A stretch of 64,000 bases of DNA. Source: Phoronis australis (Eukaryota > Animalia > Phoronida). This document shows, piece by piece, positions 1 through 14,077 of the stretch. Each line of letters opens with the position of its first letter. Within the stretch, counting starts at the first letter, position 1. Location of the stretch: contig NMRA01000156.1 in the NCBI GenBank assembly GCA_002633005.1, positions 646,488 through 710,487 on the forward strand. The letters are read 5' to 3'. The translations under genes were made by a program, and so were the position numbers. The notes below the pieces were generated by a model. The model was not told the origin of the DNA, ran no database searches, and worked only from the letters and a program-made list of their open reading frames with translations.

Positions 1-69
1 CTTGCCATGCTCCATGAAAATCCATCACACAACTCCAAAGACACAGCGGAAAACGTAAAAAACTGAATT

Positions 70-245
70 TGCCACTAGGGGGCACACCAGTTATCGTATC
101 AATTTAAAAATTCAATCATGCTGGGAATGTCTGCAAATTTTTACGAACATTCATAAAGCGGTTTTGGATATACATCAGCGGACATGTGACTGGGAAACGG
201 ACGGACAGACGGACGGATGGTGTGCATAAAAACCCAGTTGACCAA
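70..245. mobile_element. Probable non-autonomous Helitron-like (DINE/HINE-type) repeat fragment
   Basis: ACGGACGGACAGACGGACGGA microsatellite at about 197-217 in a context resembling such invertebrate elements. Boundaries approximate; no termini verified. Confidence 0.3.
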
Positions 246-640
246 CACGTGATACTCCACCACGCTACCCATTACACTTAGTGGAACTCCCAAGAACTCA
301 TCAACTATCACGGCCTTTTTTAGAACTGTGTCTTTCAGTCCATACGTAGAACACAGAGTGCAATCATTAACCCCTATTTAATTCTCATTTGTCAATAAAT
401 TGTTGCACACATGCAGGCGTGCGTACGCACAGACTGTTAAGTCATATCTCAAAATTATAACATAAGACATTGAAACAGGTATTCACCAGGAAAGCGCACT
501 CAAGATTTCAGGTGTAAAAACGTAATTTATTGCTAATTGTTCATGAAGGGTTTTAGGTGTAACACATAGCCCTGCAACCCAGCTTGGTAGTAAAAGAGGT
601 GATGAAAGGCAGTGAATCAGCCAATCAAGGTCCTAGTTAC

Positions 641-875
641 CTGAAGCAGCGGCCGGGCGCATGTATGGGGCCAACGATTTTCTTCATTGGCGACATATAG
701 GGTGTGGCTGGGATGGTCAGTGGCAGTGTGGGGTTCTTTGAGCTGGGGTTGTTGGCGAACTTCACCGTGATCTTCTCGGTGGCGTTCTTGGGAATGACGC
801 CGTTCAGCTGGTCGATAGCCTTCTCTGCCTCTGAGCGCATGTCGAAGCGGATAAACCCTACTCCTTTGGACAGCC
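641..875 (-). CDS. elav: ELAV/Hu-family exon: C-terminal half of RRM2 (RNP1 KGVGFIRF) plus hinge region
   Basis: Translates to (G)LSKGVGFIRFDMRSEAEKAIDQLNGVIPKNATEKITVKFANNPSSKNPTLPLTIPATPYMSPMKKIVGPIHAPGRCF(R), collinear with Hu/ELAV proteins. Acceptor TTGCAG at 876-881, branch-point-like CACTAAC at 890-896, donor AG|GTAACT at 640. 235 nt, phase 1 to phase 2 as in Hu genes. The hinge has an S-P-x-K CDK-type motif. Confidence 0.96.
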
Positions 876-3800
876 CTGCAACAACGCAAGTTAGTGGAAA
901 TTTATTACACAAAGCCAGAGTTGGTCGCACCAAGAATTGAGTGTGGGCGGAGTGTAGCAGGCAAAAGTGGAGCCTTGTAGAAATGGTGGACGTGGTCCTG
1001 TCATGGAAGCAAGGGCACGAGACAGTAACCCCCCTAGCCAAGGATCAGCGGACTTATAGAAACTTGAAAAAACACACTGGATAGAAATAATTAAAATTGC
1101 CCTGCACCATTCAGAAAGACGTTTACTAAGAGCTTTAAACAGAAAAAAAATGTTATCCGATAACAAAAAGTAAACCATCCTTAATTTTAAGTTACTTCAA
1201 CCACACAGCAAAATTGATTCATATCTAATACTTCGTTATCAGCCGGGCTAGTCTTCTATCTGTAGCAACATAATCACTTTCAATTTCAAACAAATCAGCG
1301 CATGAACTGGACAAACAAGGATAAGGAGTGGCTGGATCTACCCTAAGGCACTTCAAATACCCCCTTCCCTCATAAAACCAGCACTCATTAGTGCAGTGTA
1401 GATAAGATCAAAAGGAAACGCCGGCACCTACTGCTCATTAACCCACAATCAGATACTGGCATCAAAGAAAAAACACTAGTGTTTGGAGAAACTTGCAGGA
1501 ACACTAACCACGGCCGATGGGTTTTTAGGAATCGAGCGAATGCTAGAGCTTTTTAAATGCCCTGTTCTGTTCAACATGAAACCAAAGTACTTTTTGTTAA
1601 ATAATACTCGGATATTTGTTCAAGAACTTGAGCTTCCTGAACTAAATTTAACAAGAAATTCAAGAGCAAATCTATTGAAATAGCCTTGGGAAATGTTTTG
1701 ATAACAAGAATTATCGATGTTGCGTCAAAACATTTAAAGGGCAGTAAAACCGAGAGGGTGATATGATACCATTGTTGGCATTAAGATGCCGCGTCCACTA
1801 GACTCTAATCTACCAATGTCCGTGTAAATTCAAGTGACTATCATTCTCCCTGCAGGACTTCAGAAGCCTGAGCAAGGAGAAGCAAACCATCATTTCCTAC
1901 TATCTCATCTGGAGAAAAAAAATCCGTTCCCAACAGTCTGTGGCGATAGCGAAATTGATTTCCTATACCCCCAGCTGGACTTTTCACAGGGCTTGCCAAA
2001 TCGCTCGAGATAAGTGGGCAAAGAGGTGTTCAGCAGTGAAACTCCTTTTCATTGTGTGTTTCAACAGCGAAAATATTCACCCCAGGTGTAGTGCGCCGAC
2101 AAAAAGTGAACAAGCAGCTGCCTCCAACTTTCACAATTTATCAAAAATATAACGAGCATGGCAGAGACGTTGTGAACGTCATAATCTATGTGATATTTAC
2201 ATAGTACTGAGAAATTAATTAGGCCCAAGTCTGTAACAGACAGTGGCTTAAGCACGCAAGGTGTGGACTAATTGATAGGAGTTGAAATCAATAGGTAACA
2301 AAGTGATTAGGTGAACAGCATAGACTGTATCCCCAGAAAACAACCGCCTGTGCAAATAGTAGTCGGCCTTTATGAGCTCATCTCCCATTGATCGGGTAGT
2401 AAAGAACCAGTTATTAGTACGCAGTACAGTAGTTCTCAGCCGAAGAGTAGGATTCTACTTTTTGTCCAGTTTGCCAACAACAATGAACTTTTTTAAATCT
2501 ATTCCACAATCTAAGATAAAACTCTACCTACATTACCAAGGGTTAAATTCCTTAAGTAACTTGTTTGTATTTATAGTAGACCTATCAAATAATATATTTA
2601 TGAAATCCTTGATGACCCCAGAATCTTATCGCATGCACAAAACCAATCCCCAGATGTTTGTAATACATGTGATCTCTGAATTTTCCACAAACATGATTTT
2701 TTGTGTAAAACTAGAAACTACGTTTCTTACTCTAATTCATTAGCTACAAAAGCGTCTCAGGTATTTGCTTTTGAGACTTTAGCCCGAAAGCTCGGCTGTG
2801 TGCCAAAAACCAAGACTTCAATTTTTTCTAGGACTTCCAACGTCCTCATTTTTGACAGCGGAATTCTCGAGCTAAAGAAGCCTCAACAGAAAACCGCAGC
2901 TAGCAGAATAAAGAATGTGTTTGTGGAAACTATGGTGATTTCCGTGAAAAATCAAGTTATCTGAGAAAATATATGGTCACATTAATACAACATTTGGTTA
3001 TTATTTTTGTGCTTACCAACGATTTTAAAAATATATTGTCTACAATTAATACTTCAAACTTATTTAAGAAATTTAATCCTTGATAACAAAGGTGTCCAAT
3101 TATCTAAATCGGTATAGCTGTCAAGGCAGTGAGCCCGTGAATAAACGAAAACCGTCTCGTTCGGTAGTTATTTTAGCATCAGATTTTAAGACTAGCCCGT
3201 CTCCGACTTAAAATCACAAGTAGAGAAAACGGTTTTAAAACGTTCCAAATTAAAGGACACTGGTCTAATGACGACAATAAAAGCGCTGCATAATTTGTCT
3301 AAACAGTAAGAAAATTTGACAACAAATAACTATTTTAATTTGTAGAACAACAGGAAAAGGAATGGAAAGCATGGTGACAAAGCAGAATTGACTAGGAAAA
3401 AATGGAAAAGGCAAAAATTTTCAAGTGGACAGCTGAAATCAGTAGTCCGCATCAACAATATTAAAAAAAATATTTTTACCCAAAAATAAAACGAATTTTG
3501 AAAACATTCAAACAAAAAAACAACCCGACTTAAAACAACAGTTTCAATAATAGTAATAATAGCAGTTGACCACTGAAACTCAAATACGAGTCTGAAAAGA
3601 AAAATCGGTTATTGTCAACAAAACTTCACATGCAACACAATATAAATCTGTACAACGAAAGAACACATGACGGCAGAATGGATCGATTTCAATGACGTAT
3701 GAGGAGAACTGTGTTCTTTTGCTGTTCGAAACAACGCATTATCAATTAACCATTCTACTGTCAATGATCTTAACAACAAAAATGACTGGCTTGATCTTTC

Positions 3801-4254
3801 TGCTGGGCCACTCAAGTCTCACAGAAACTTACAACGAAATGAGGGAAAACGGGAAGGCAAGAAAGAGCAGGTTTCAGTGAAGCAAATTCCTTCCTGACAA
3901 GCTTGTAATTATTCATTTCGATGACTGTGACATAGCACTAGAGGCCTAACTCATGGTGTACGTTTAAATGATAGTGTTTTTCAAGAGTAAACACCATGAA
4001 ACAGAAGGAGGAGGCCAGTCATATGAGTGGTACAACATTATTGAATGCACGTCGCCTTAAGGTGGAGGTGACGACAAACGCTATGTGGCGGCACAAAGTA
4101 CAGGAATTACAAATTCATCGCAGTTATAACTCAACATCGAACGGGCAAACAAACGTCAACGAGCAACGAAACGAACGGGGCTTGCTGGGGGGTTAGGCAG
4201 CGATGGTTGGGGATGGCGGCGCGAGAGAGACACACACACAGAGTTGCGGCCTCA

Positions 4255-4584
<330 letters not shown>

Positions 4585-4857
4585 CTAGCTACCTCTAGTG
4601 GCACCGTCGCCGTCGTCGTCGTCTTTGGTGATGGCCTCGCCTGGGAGTGAGTGGGGACGGGGTCAACGGGAAACGGACACGTGCTGTTGCTGTCAATGAG
4701 TGAACACACACACACACACACAGACACACCCGCACACACATGCGCGCGAACGAACGGGTGGGAAGGGTCACGTGCGAATGCGCACCCGCCCGTGTCACGG
4801 GGAGTGACTGACCCTCGGTCGCCGCTGACGCACGCATTAACACAAAGGGCTACACAC

Positions 4858-5011
4858 CTGTTATCTGGTCATACAGTATGCGGGAGGAAATGATCGTGCC
4901 GTACTGGCCGAACACGCTCTCCAGATCCAACTGGGTAAATGTTTTCGGCAGACCGCAGACATAGACATTGGCCCCCTTAATGCCCTCGCAGCTGGGTCGG
5001 GCCTGCGACAC
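4858..5011 (-). CDS. elav: ELAV exon copy a (upstream): paralogous linker plus RRM2 N-half (RNP2 VYVCGL); mutually exclusive
   Basis: VSQARPSCEGIKGANVYVCGLPKTFTQLDLESVFGQYGTIISSRILYDQIT(G). Acceptor CACAG, donor CAG|GTGTGT. 154 nt, phase 0 to phase 1, no stops or indels, 34/51 aa identical to copy b. Confidence 0.9.
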
Positions 5012-8000
5012 CTGTGTGACGGCAGCGCGGAAAGAGAGAGAACTCAAGAGTAAACAAACAAACAAACAAACGCATAGGTCAGTTCGCCTGCTGCGGCATG
5101 TAAACAAACAATAAAACACATGATGATGAATTGGACCCAAGTGGCATGCTGGAAATATAACAGGTATGCACTAGATATTAGACACGACGTCTGGCTGGCT
5201 GGCTGGCTTAGCACGAGAAAATCATGCGAAATCTCTTATCAGGATTTGCGGTTGTCCAATTTTTAACTTTATTTCATATGATCGGCTGGTTTACTAAAAC
5301 AGAATGTTGAAAATGACTCCTTGTAAAAGATAGGAGTGACTCATGAATTGCAGTTTTGAAGGAGTTTCTCGTGAACTTGGCATATTTCACTTAATGCGCG
5401 CACACAGGGGGGGGCTCACGGGGCTTGAATGAGTTCACAGTTCTGAAGGTGGTACCCTGTTTTTTTTAGTCCTCCCGCTTTTTTGTAAGTAAAAGGTCCA
5501 CTTGGTCAGAAGTTCGAGCCCCCCCATATTAAAGGCTGGGAGCGCATGCACTTACGTAACATAAAGGGTACTTTGAACCTTTTAAGATTTTCATAAAAAT
5601 TAAATAAATAAAAACAGCAATTCCTTAAACCAAAAGTGTGATGCAGTGCCGAAAATTTTGAAATTGTCAGCTGGTTCGAGTAATTGTTGCTTTTCTGCAC
5701 TCGAAAACGCGCTCAATGACCGAGGCCCCATTTAGTTTCAAACCCAGTCCTAATATACTACAATTAGTCAAGAACTGACTTTCAAAAGCAATGTCAGAAA
5801 CCGGTAACAAAACCACTACAACACGGTTTTAGCCGCTTGCTTATTTCACTTGCTTAAATAAAAAAATCGACCAAAAAAAAGCCAAATTGACCAAAACCGT
5901 CTTCAAAGGCACAGTGCTCCTTGAAGGGAACTGAATTTACTTTTTGAATTGACAAACATTTCAACCTGTTTGTGATGGATAACACTTTTAAAGGCATGGG
6001 ATGTCCACAGTCCAACTGTGAATTGGCTCACAGCATTAGTGGTACTGATTCCCATACAGCTCGTAAATGGGTCAAGTTAAATTGTGATGACCTACAAGCA
6101 TGACTTGTGACAAACTTTCTAGTAAACTAGCCAATCACAGCTCTTCTGTCATGTTTCGCACAAATGGAAAAAATACAGAGGCAACAGTTAAGATTTTCAC
6201 AGCGAGCTAGCCAGTGTCGCAGTAACAAAAACTGTTTGAAAAAACGAGCAAAGTCGTTCGTTAGCAAAAACTTAACACCACTGAGAAATCGGGGAAAATA
6301 TACTTGTACAAAAAACGTTCCGTCAAATTATATAGGCCACAATAAAAGGTTTAAAAACTGCGTAAACTAAGACAGACTTTGCCATGACATAAACTGCTTA
6401 AACAACAAGATAATGATCAACAATAGGAACTGATCTGGCACGCTCATTTTCCTGCAGTTTTCCTTGACAACTGACAGCGACAGCGTGACCTCAGATGTCA
6501 GTGCTTTGTTCCAGTATGATTTCCCACTGATCACGGGTGCTCTTAGAACGCAAAATTTTTCTAACTCGCTATAAACCCGCCTTCTTTCGAAAACGCAACT
6601 TTTGATTTGGGCCACTAACAGCTACCAAACTGGTGCCAACCAGTTCTTCGCCCCGATTAGTGAACAACTTGTCACCTTAGTGATAAACAAGCTGAGACCG
6701 GTTTAGTAATAGAAAGTGGTTCAGAACGAAAGTTAAGACGTAACTTAGGTGTACAGCCGCTAACACTGGTCAACATTATGGACATCTGACCTTTGGGAAT
6801 TTACAAACAAAAAACCGACGCACGCGCTTAAAGTGCCACGATTCGGCAGGCACCGACACCATTCTCAAGTACCGAAAACGCTTTTCAATTTTAGCACACA
6901 ATGTGACGGGCAAGTGAAATTCAATTAAGTCAAACTTCTAAACAAATTCAACATTAGCTGTCACCAACTCTGTACTGTATTACTTGCATAGAGTGTACTC
7001 TGCAGCTATCATATAAAGCAAGTTACTACGTACATAATATTCTGAGCCTTTTAACCGTGAAATCAGTCTCTAACAGGGTAAAAATTCAATTTAGGCCATT
7101 ATTTTTCAGTAAAATTAAAGAGAAATCACCCGTACGTAATAGCACAAACAGCTTGAGAATGATGGAAACGCACACAGCATTAAACCTTGAGTTACCGTTT
7201 ATGTTAAAAAGTCACTACCATTGATCAGTGCTAGAATCAGTTTGTAATTTTCGGGGTTATTCCCGCACGACTAAACGGCATAAGAAAACAAGGTCTTTGA
7301 TTTGACCTAGACAGAGATGAGCTAAGAAGCAGGTCACACTGCCAACAGTTCCCATTGTTGCAATACGTAACGATAAAGCCAATAAACCACATTCTGAAAA
7401 AAATCATAGCCCGGAAGATACAATACAATGATAAGAACCATACGGTAGAACCAACCGGATGAGCCAAACATTGGCAAGAGATAACACAGTAGCTAGGCAG
7501 TTTCAGGTAATCATAAGGATAACATATTCACCAAACAATTCCTATGACAACATTGTCATGCAAACTTATACAGCGATATACGGATGAGTAACGACCGTAT
7601 AAAAAGAAACTCATTTTCACGGCGCCAAACGAGCGTCCAACAAAGAAGGAGACAGATGTGTAAGCGAGGCACGGGCATTGCAATGGGGGATCAGTTTGGG
7701 GAAAAAACAGTTTTCTTTCAGACTCCCAACGCCGAGACGAATCAGTTCATTACATGCAGGCAAACTGCTGCCGAAATGTATAGACTGGCATAAACAGTAA
7801 AAAGGAGAACACACAACGCAAGGAATGCCAAGGATTGTGCAAGTTTGAACAATTGCCCTCAATAAAAGTTAGGGTTACGTTACGTTTTTACTGCCAGTAA
7901 AAATTTGGTGTGTAGCATAATTTGAGAAGATGAGACATGTTTCCAGAACTGGTAAAAGGGAAAAAAATCTTCATGTGAATGCTTATAAATTATCCCGAGA

Positions 8001-8268
8001 TCGGAGGAGGGCCTATGTATTGTTGCGCCTGCAGTGAAACAGTTACCTTTCGTTGATTACTGTAAAATCCGAACGACATACCGGCACTAACTGGTGGCAG
8101 AACAACAAGCAAATAGTTTACAAACCGATATCAATCAGCTAAACGCTGAACAAAAAATTCACTCTCTGAACATTTGTGACTCAACCTGAACGAGTTTATA
8201 AATCGAGCTAATCATTTCATAAACGACTAATCACTCTGCATGCTGACACGTGAACGCGCATAATGTTA

Positions 8269-8457
<189 letters not shown>

Positions 8458-9374
8458 TCACGCACTCCTTGGGCCTATAGTTGAACATTTACGAGATTAT
8501 GAAAACAACTACTATTATGGTAATGGAGTAGATGGTCTACCTTGTTTGTAAATTTGCCAACCACCAATGAGCCTTAACCGCAAAAGAATGAACTAATTAC
8601 AATCAGAATAACAATGGCCACAGGCGATGTGAAACATCAAACTTGATCAATACTAGACAACTTCGATCATGCCATGATATCAAAGACCTTGTGAAATGAC
8701 AGCGTGACAACAGTGCCACTATTCGGCATTAGTCTTTCAAAAGTCTCGATAGCACAACACAGAAATCGTCATAGAAATAGCCATAGGAATGCTCCACAAC
8801 TAGATCAGCGTGAATCCCGCAACATGGCAAAACCTGAAGTGAACAAGTTCTACATTCTTGTCTCTGACTCATATCAAGTTCTAACTCATCCAGGAGATCT
8901 TTTCCTCTCAAAAATTTGTCTCTACAAACGTCACTTGTCAACTGGCAGCAGATCCCATTCCCCACATTCAAAGGGACACAAGCTTTCATCAAACCAATCT
9001 GAATACCCATCAAACAGTAGTGGTGATCACTGTGGCCATTCCACAGCAGTTATGCTAACCATTAGACATAAAAACGCACACAATGACCATCCCTTGGGCA
9101 TAATATTCACACTGCTAAGGCATATCAACATTTTTGAAGGCCGTCAGTGGCATAATGTCCAGTCACGTGGCTCCATCAAGTGGAGGTTTACCAATGAGGA
9201 TCAGAGAACGGTGATCACCACAGACGAACGGTGGCGTTACCATGGACGACCATATCAGTTTGGCGAAAAACCCTGTTTTCAACTCCGTGGTCTATGAGTT
9301 CGTATATGTCTGACTTGGTGAGCTGTGTTGATAAATAGAAGCTTTATACTTCATATAATCCACTGACGCACCAA

Positions 9375-9491
9375 GACTTGTGTCATACAGGACTTGTGTC
9401 ATACAGGACTTGTGTCATACAGGACTTGTGTCATACAGGACTTGTGTCAAACAGGACTTGTGTCATACAGGACTTGTGTCATACAGGACTT
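9375..9491. repeat. Minisatellite, 16-bp unit GACTTGTGTCATACAG x7.3
   Basis: Seven consecutive units read directly; one has a T>A substitution (unit 9439-9454). No unique spacers. Confidence 0.97.
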
Positions 9492-12400
9492 TGGTGCTCA
9501 AAAACCAGTCAACACTCTCCAACAAACACACAGTTGCCTATCAGGAATGGGTGGACAGGGATTTAAATAAACAACCCATCTTTAAGGAAGAGCATGCAAT
9601 TTTGGTTGATCATAATTGTCATAAAAAGATTTTTATACCTCGAATTCATATTAACCATTTTTATGAATTGATATGCATGGTACATCATGATATCAATGGC
9701 TGATAAGAATTCATACTTAATGATTGGTGTAATTTTTTTGAAGAACCGCAGTTGACTGCTTATTACTGAGCAACGATAAATCATCAAAAGAGGTCTTCTG
9801 TGTATAATCCCTTGAATGGTGACCAGGCTGTAGATCAGTTATCATGAGCCTGACATGGATTCATATCAACCCGAATGGAGATGTAGGTGTTCGAGAGAGA
9901 GCCGTAATTCTCCACTTGCTTTGCACAAAAATAACTGCCAAAACTGTCATTTTCCACTTTACAAAGACTGATAACTTTACTACAAATCTTGGGAGAATTT
10001 ACCAAAAGTTGTTTTAGGACATCTACACAGTTGCAATAGGCAAAAATTCTTAACACTTATTTTTCTGGAGGGATTTTGACAAAATAGAATGTCACTCGTC
10101 GGCCATATTGTGCGCTAAATAAGTGAAGGCTTCGCGTACCTCGACTAAGCCAATTCAATTCACTCATGTCGCTACGACACGTGACGTAGTGACGAGCGCA
10201 GTGATGTGGTGGGGAAGTACGCGATATAATTGGTAGCAAGCAACGGAGTTGAAACCATTGACCTGGTAACCACCTACACCAAGACCCCATCTGTGAATTC
10301 TGGCTCCCATCTGATTTTGTAGAAAGTGGTCTAATGCTAACAGGTGTTATGTAATAATCAGGCAATCACAGCAAAAGCACAAGACCCCTTTGATAAAGAA
10401 TTGTGACACTGAATCTGATGTCTTCGAGAAGGAGAACATTTGGCATGCCCTAATGCCCTAACGCAATTTTAAATCCACAAATAAGATCATGAAAGCAATT
10501 TTACAGAAACATGGCCTATCACACATAATTGTGCACTAATGGCAAGACGTGTCAGTCAGAAGGCGTTCAAGATATAGTACGCGACTGACGTTTCTAGAGC
10601 AGGAGGTTAAAATAAACAGCAGGAAAGACATTAAAACTACGTCAGTGCTATTTTATTAGTTAACTTGGATGAAATTAGACGGAATTACCACATGATTTTA
10701 CTAATGGACTGTGTCCAATGTGTCTGCTTGCGTGGAATGGTGTTTAACATCCGGGAGAACTGAAATAGCAGAACAACGGAAATATCTGCCCGAGAAAACC
10801 AATCCGAGCTTCATCATGGTCAGTGAATGTCAATTCAGATCTCGATGGCTCAGAAACTGTAGACTCGCGGGGTTCCGATTCCACAGGGGTTCCTGCACTG
10901 ATGCTGTGCAAAATCAGTCAACCGTGATAGCCTGCCTCAAGCGAATTGGAAACGCTGAGATTCAATTTCCTGACTCACTTGTCCCTATTGTATATGTCCC
11001 CAGGGACTTTGAATAATTCAAACGAGTGTCTATGTGACTCTGTTCACTTCAGTGCACTCGTTCTAATACCCATAATGCATGTTCACAAACCATGGCAACA
11101 CATTGACAACACTCAAAAGAGAAAGTCACCAGTGCACACAGATACAAATTGATATTGTTGAGAATCTGGTCACATTGCCACACTGTCACAGCACATATTA
11201 AAGTCTTGGTACAGTGCACAATGAAAACACCAGAGTCTGGTTGCATGAAACAGTCCCAAATAGGGACTCAACTAAGTTCCCTAAACCTTTTGCGTTTAGT
11301 TCTTTATTAATTAACATATGCAATATTTTTTCTATCATTTTACCTTTATTATGAGCTCCTGTTCAACTAACGACATTTTCTAATAACATAATTAAAAATT
11401 GAGCCCTTAATTCCGTCAAAATAATTAGGGACTAACCCCTTAAATTAGGGGTGTTTTCAATAATATTGAGAACTCAACATAGACTTCACTCGCGATTTGC
11501 ATCGAAGTGAAAAACTGACAAACGATGTTTTCACCAGCCAACAAATACAAAGTACGCAGTAGATTTAGAAACATAGCCGAGTCCCTCTTTGGGCGGTTCC
11601 ATGCAACTGGGCACACAGGTTTCCAAGTTAAAAAATACAGGAAATGTGCTGAGATGAATAAATGAGGATGGCAGCTAAAAGCAACTGCAATAATTTGTCT
11701 CTTCAACGCATATTCTGCCACCAATCAGATCAGTGAGACAACACTTAATGAATACTTCAAGAACAGAGCCAAACAAACAACAACCCAAGTGGACCTTCGG
11801 TGGAACGTTGTCAAGATGTACATGATTTATTCACGACAAGTCGTGCTAGAGCACCTGTCTACGCTACTTCTGACGGCCATTTACAAAGACGTATCAAGAA
11901 ATCGTCATGTGCACACGGGGTTTTACGGACACACTTTCTGAATTCTCAAGACAAGACTAAAAGCAGCCATTTGGAAAATTTCAATGAATCACATGGAGGA
12001 AGTATGAATCTTGCTAATTTCTTACTTCAATAAAGACGGTTTTGCAGCCAGGGACAAAATCATTGTGGTCTTAAATTTCAAAAAAATATATAAAGGAAGT
12101 GAAAAGGTTGCGCCCATGCACAACAAGAGCCCAGTGAAACAAAATGCATTTAACATTTCCAACTGATGGAAATTAAGTAGGGGAAGCATCAGCTGGAAAG
12201 GTCAAGGCCAGCGTGAATTACACGAATTACCAATCAATCAATCAACTCGCCTCTGGATCGATTAGAAAAGTACACTCCACAGGAATCATTTATTTATTTA
12301 CAGCTGACAAGGTGTAAAAAACGGCATGGTCATCTACTTCCAGAGTGGTCTGAGCCGCGCTAAAAGCATTCTTACAATGAGCGAGGGAAATGATTCAGAC

Positions 12401-13051
12401 AAAACCGTGTTTGCGTTTCAATGTGAAAACCCTTCCAAAGAAACACTCTCACGAGTCTGAAGTCCACTTTCAAAAGTGAGTAGTCGGTCGTCATGGAAAC
12501 TGGCGGATGCATCATTGCTAAGATCAGAAGCACTACAAGAGGCCCTAATGTTTATTGAGATTCAACTCATGGTCATTTCAGTGCGGGCTGTTTTTTTTTA
12601 AATCTAACAACTTTTTTAGTTGTAAAGCTTTACTGCTTTACGACTTTTTCTGTGATTTAAGATGTGTTAAAGGTATCAGATGTTGAACATTCAGGAAGAA
12701 AATTTGGTCTTTCGTTTTATAGCAAAACATCAATCTGGTCATAGCTTGCGACGCAAGAGGGCAGTAAAGCTACAACTTATTAGCGAAATATCTAAAATGG
12801 TGAAATTGGTGTTGATCAAGTAAAAAAATTGTGTCAATCAGTAACTCACAAAGTGTAAAACTTTAACGCAACATAAGTGAACCTGAGTATCTAAGTTGTG
12901 GGTACATGATGGTGTCTACATAGGTTTGAGGACAACAAGACCGGGCTTAACGCTATGAACCAAGTTCTGATGTTAAAACATGTCCGTCCACAGCAACATC
13001 ATCGCAACCTTCCATTGCCTGAATGGCTTGGAACTCACATGCAGGCTATGA

Positions 13052-13290
13052 GGAGACGGTGTAGCTCAGTGGTTTGTGCTCCGGACTCCCATTTGGGAGA
13101 CCCCGGTTCAAATCCTTAGCTTTACTGGCAGACAATCGAGCATTGCACAAAGGTGTCTCCTGCTCCTCTGAGCTCGGTCTTACTAGTGAATGTATGCAAG
13201 GGAATGAGAACCTGGATATAATGCGAAAGCGATTTCTGGGTCTGTGCTCGTATTTTTTACTGCCATAGTTGCCGCGATGAACTTACTATC
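13052..13290 (+). mobile_element. tRNA-derived SINE
   Basis: Pol III A box TAGCTCAGTGG (13062-13072) and B box GGTTCAAATCC (13105-13115) at tRNA spacing. No intact acceptor or anticodon stem. 3' end approximate. Confidence 0.7.
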
Positions 13291-14040
13291 CCACCATTAC
13301 AAAGAACTGGATGGACGTGTGGTCTGAAGCAGTTAACGGTCTTGTAATATATTGGTTTCATTGGTGCACATGCACTTAAACTAGCGCCACACTTCTTCTC
13401 AAGCCCAGAAACTCTTTCTAATTTGAGTAATGAACAAGATCAGATCGATTTTACAATAAGAGACCAAAATCCATTATTGGTTTTGGACAGAAGGTGCAGG
13501 TTTATTGTTCCTTTAGCGGCGTCAGATGCTGACAAGTGAAAGTTAGCGAGATTGTGGGTTTTACTCAAAATTCATGGTGATGTCTCGCGCAGTGATCTCG
13601 GCAAACTCACAAAAGGCTACAACCTTATTCCGCGCATCACTGGTTAAATTTAGTGACGACTTTTGAACGCAAAATTCAAGGCTTCATCAACTGACTCATC
13701 CTTTGAGATTCAGAGGAGAGCAAAGATATTAATAATCGCGACAATCATTTCAACGACATAATACAATTTAACCGCCAACAAAAGAACGTCTGAGAACTAC
13801 CATTAAGTTTTCCTGGATACGCCAGAAGGAAATCAGGTACCTCTGACAATTTCCTACCTCTCTTGAGAAAGAGAGCAAGAAATGAGTAGCTTGAGGTCAA
13901 AGAGGCTATTATATTCATTAACTATTCCTTTATGTCACAGCGGGAAATGAGCCCTCCTTTCATCACCTGGCGAGACTTATACCCCTTGTGGAAAGGACTT
14001 GATATTAACTAACATCTGAAAACAAATGAATCACCAACTG

Positions 14041-14077
<37 letters not shown>
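14041..14077. repeat. Compound microsatellite (TA)9(GA)9
   Basis: Read directly. Confidence 0.95.

Noticed and set aside
72-84. CTCF-like motif CCACTAGGGGGCA, and similar hits near 12756, 26090 and 54219
   Set aside because: Isolated motif matches, at least one inside a probable repeat; cannot be supported without a PWM background or ChIP data.
4858-5011. Copy a as a pseudo-exon or part of a second ELAV gene
   Set aside because: Frame, length and splice sites are intact despite heavy synonymous divergence, and I saw no duplicates of the flanking RRM exons in the window.
8704-9297. Longest ORF in the track (197 aa, plus strand)
   Set aside because: GTG start, no recognisable domain, antisense within an ELAV intron; treated as a chance ORF.
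9375-9491. Regular repeat resembling a CRISPR array; repetitive ORFs 9378-9566 and 9380-9703
   Set aside because: Units are contiguous with no spacers, the context is eukaryotic, and the ORFs are artefacts of the minisatellite.
13052-13125. tRNA gene (Gly-CCC-like)
   Set aside because: Anticodon stem is mismatched and there is no acceptor stem or nearby terminator; better explained as a SINE head.
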